A stretch of DNA of 64,000 nt from Podarcis liolepis. Lineage: Eukaryota. The DNA is taken from the NCBI GenBank assembly GCA_965112155.1, contig OZ218113.1; one strand, 5' to 3'. Shown here one piece after another: positions 62,601-64,000 of the stretch (the stretch's first letter is position 1; each line of letters opens with the position of its first letter). A program made the translations under genes and the position numbers. The notes below the pieces were generated by a model that saw only the letters and a list, made by a program, of their open reading frames with translations, did no database searches and had not been told where the DNA came from.

Positions 62601-63948
62601 CTCTTGCTCTACATACTGCAGCAGCTCAGTCCATGCAGTGAAGTCGAGAGGGTTCTCTTGTGCCGCTCTCCAGTACCGCTCAAACTCCAGCGGATATGTG
62701 ATGGAGAGCTCCTCCATGGGGGGGTTGATTGCCATGTGCATGACCACGTCGGGAGCAGAGGGTTGAGGGGCTTCCTCCTTGGCAGGCTCAGGTCGCAGGG
62801 CCAGAGCAGTGGATTCTACACTGACCCCATTGCACTCTTGCGCTGGCGTTGCCTCATCTGGGTTTGGGGCCCCGTTACTCGCTGGCTTAGGAAGCACATC
62901 TTGGTCAGGACCTATTGGATTTAGGAACAACAAAAGGTCATGAGAATTCTTCCAGTTCTCTCTGAAACCTAGTTCTGTTGCCCCTCACTTAACAAGGGCT
63001 AACTGTGCTGTTCTGAAGATGGGCCATGGCAAGGGCAAGGAATGCCCCAACCACCCTGGCATTTCCTGGCTAAGCAACAAACCTCCTGCCTTGATTCTGC
63101 AAGCAGCACTTTGTTCTCTCTGCTGTGCACATTAATTCTCTCTCCCGGCCAAATATTTTCAACAAATGCATATATGAATGGAAAATGCATTCTCCAATAG
63201 CCACTCCAACAGTTCCCTTTTGGACGTTTCTTCACTCAGGCTTGAAAATGAACAATTTTGCCTGCTGTAAGTCACCTCTAACCAAGAGACAGGGAAAAGC
63301 TTTTCTATTCAGGGGAGAATCCAGAGCAGGGCTCCCCAGTCTCAGTCCTGAAGATAAAGAAGGTCCTTGGGTAGGTGGGCCAGGAGAAACTTCCACCAAA
63401 ACATTCAAGAGCCACTGCCTGCTAGTAGTGGACAATTCTAGGACAGACAGACCAAGTCTGACTTGGCAGACGGCAGCTGGACATCTTGTAGAAAGCAAAT
63501 TGGGCTCCATTATTACATTCCCCCCTAAAAGGACCTCGGGTATCTCTCTGTGCCCACGTGCGGTGGCTGCCAGGTCCACTCTCGCATGTCAGCCAGGAAC
63601 GAAACCTCCATGGACAGAGGCAGTGTACCTGCGACGGGCAGCACACGCCATGTCGTGCATAGTGAACTTCCCAGGGGGAAACCGGAGTGTCCTCCGTTGG
63701 AAACTGAGCGCTAGGCTAGAGAGGCACTTGGGGACAAAGGATTTTGTGCGCGTGCTGGGTTTGGGGTTCTAGTACGTAGTCTCGACCCCCTCTCCGTCCA
63801 CGCTTTGGAGCCCCGCCCTCCGCACCCCCGGCCGTGACCAACGGACACCTCTCCGACCCGCCCCCTCCGGCCTCTTCTCACCAGCCTCGGTGCCCGGGAG
63901 CCCCTCCCCGCCGGGACTGGCAGGAGCCTCGGGCCCTTCCGCCGCCAT
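53665..63948 (-). CDS. PRPF39-like pre-mRNA processing factor (HAT-repeat U1 snRNP factor paralog), ~713 aa; exons 63948-63882, 62911-62601, 62392-62267, 61762-61644, 61222-61055, 59590-59395, 59089-58982, 58328-58164, 57764-57638, 56955-56687, 55728-55544, 55415-55341, 54264-54102, 53727-53665
   Basis: PRP39 motifs [92 protein letters not shown] and [14 protein letters not shown], plus a Tyr/Asn/Gln-rich tail. Exons sum to 2142 nt in frame. The exon 6 donor (59395) is the best of several in-phase options. Confidence 0.92.
59918..60021 (-). other. Candidate poison (NMD) cassette exon of the PRPF39-like gene
   Basis: Acceptor CTGTCCTTTAG and donor TTAG/GTATGT bound a 104-nt segment with an in-frame TAG at 60017-60015. 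Confidence 0.5.
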
Positions 63949-64000
63949 CCTCCTCGCGGCCGCCGAACCGAGCGTCTATGCCTGGGGCCTCCCCGGTGCC

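Noticed and set aside
63125-63772. 215-aa plus-strand ORF in intron 1 of the PRPF39-like gene
   Set aside because: Non-ATG start, no recognisable homology, and antisense to an intron.

Overview
This is vertebrate genomic DNA from a squamate, probably a lacertid lizard, judged from Sauria-type SINEs and a BovB LINE. The gene order matches the human 11q13.1 cluster: ZFPL1 (3' end, +), TMEM262/CATSPERH (-), VPS51 (+), TM7SF2 (+), ZNHIT2 (-), FAU (-), MRPL49 (+). Two genes are not part of that human cluster as I recall it. The first lies between VPS51 and TM7SF2: a two-exon gene for an ectodomain-only, apparently secreted TLR5-like protein (657 aa; LRRNT-LRRs-LRRCT, no TM or TIR). The ORF track misses its first exon, which follows a compact NF-kB/AP-1/CRE/TATA promoter, and its 3' UTR carries an AU-rich cluster. 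The second is a 14-exon PRPF39 paralog after MRPL49, with a candidate NMD poison exon in intron 5. Exon structures were read by hand from splice signals, and each complete model sums to an intact reading frame. The window also holds many transposon fragments, including a four-layer nested insertion with readable target-site duplications, and a 198-N assembly gap. Gene identities come from recalled protein similarity and synteny; no database search was run.
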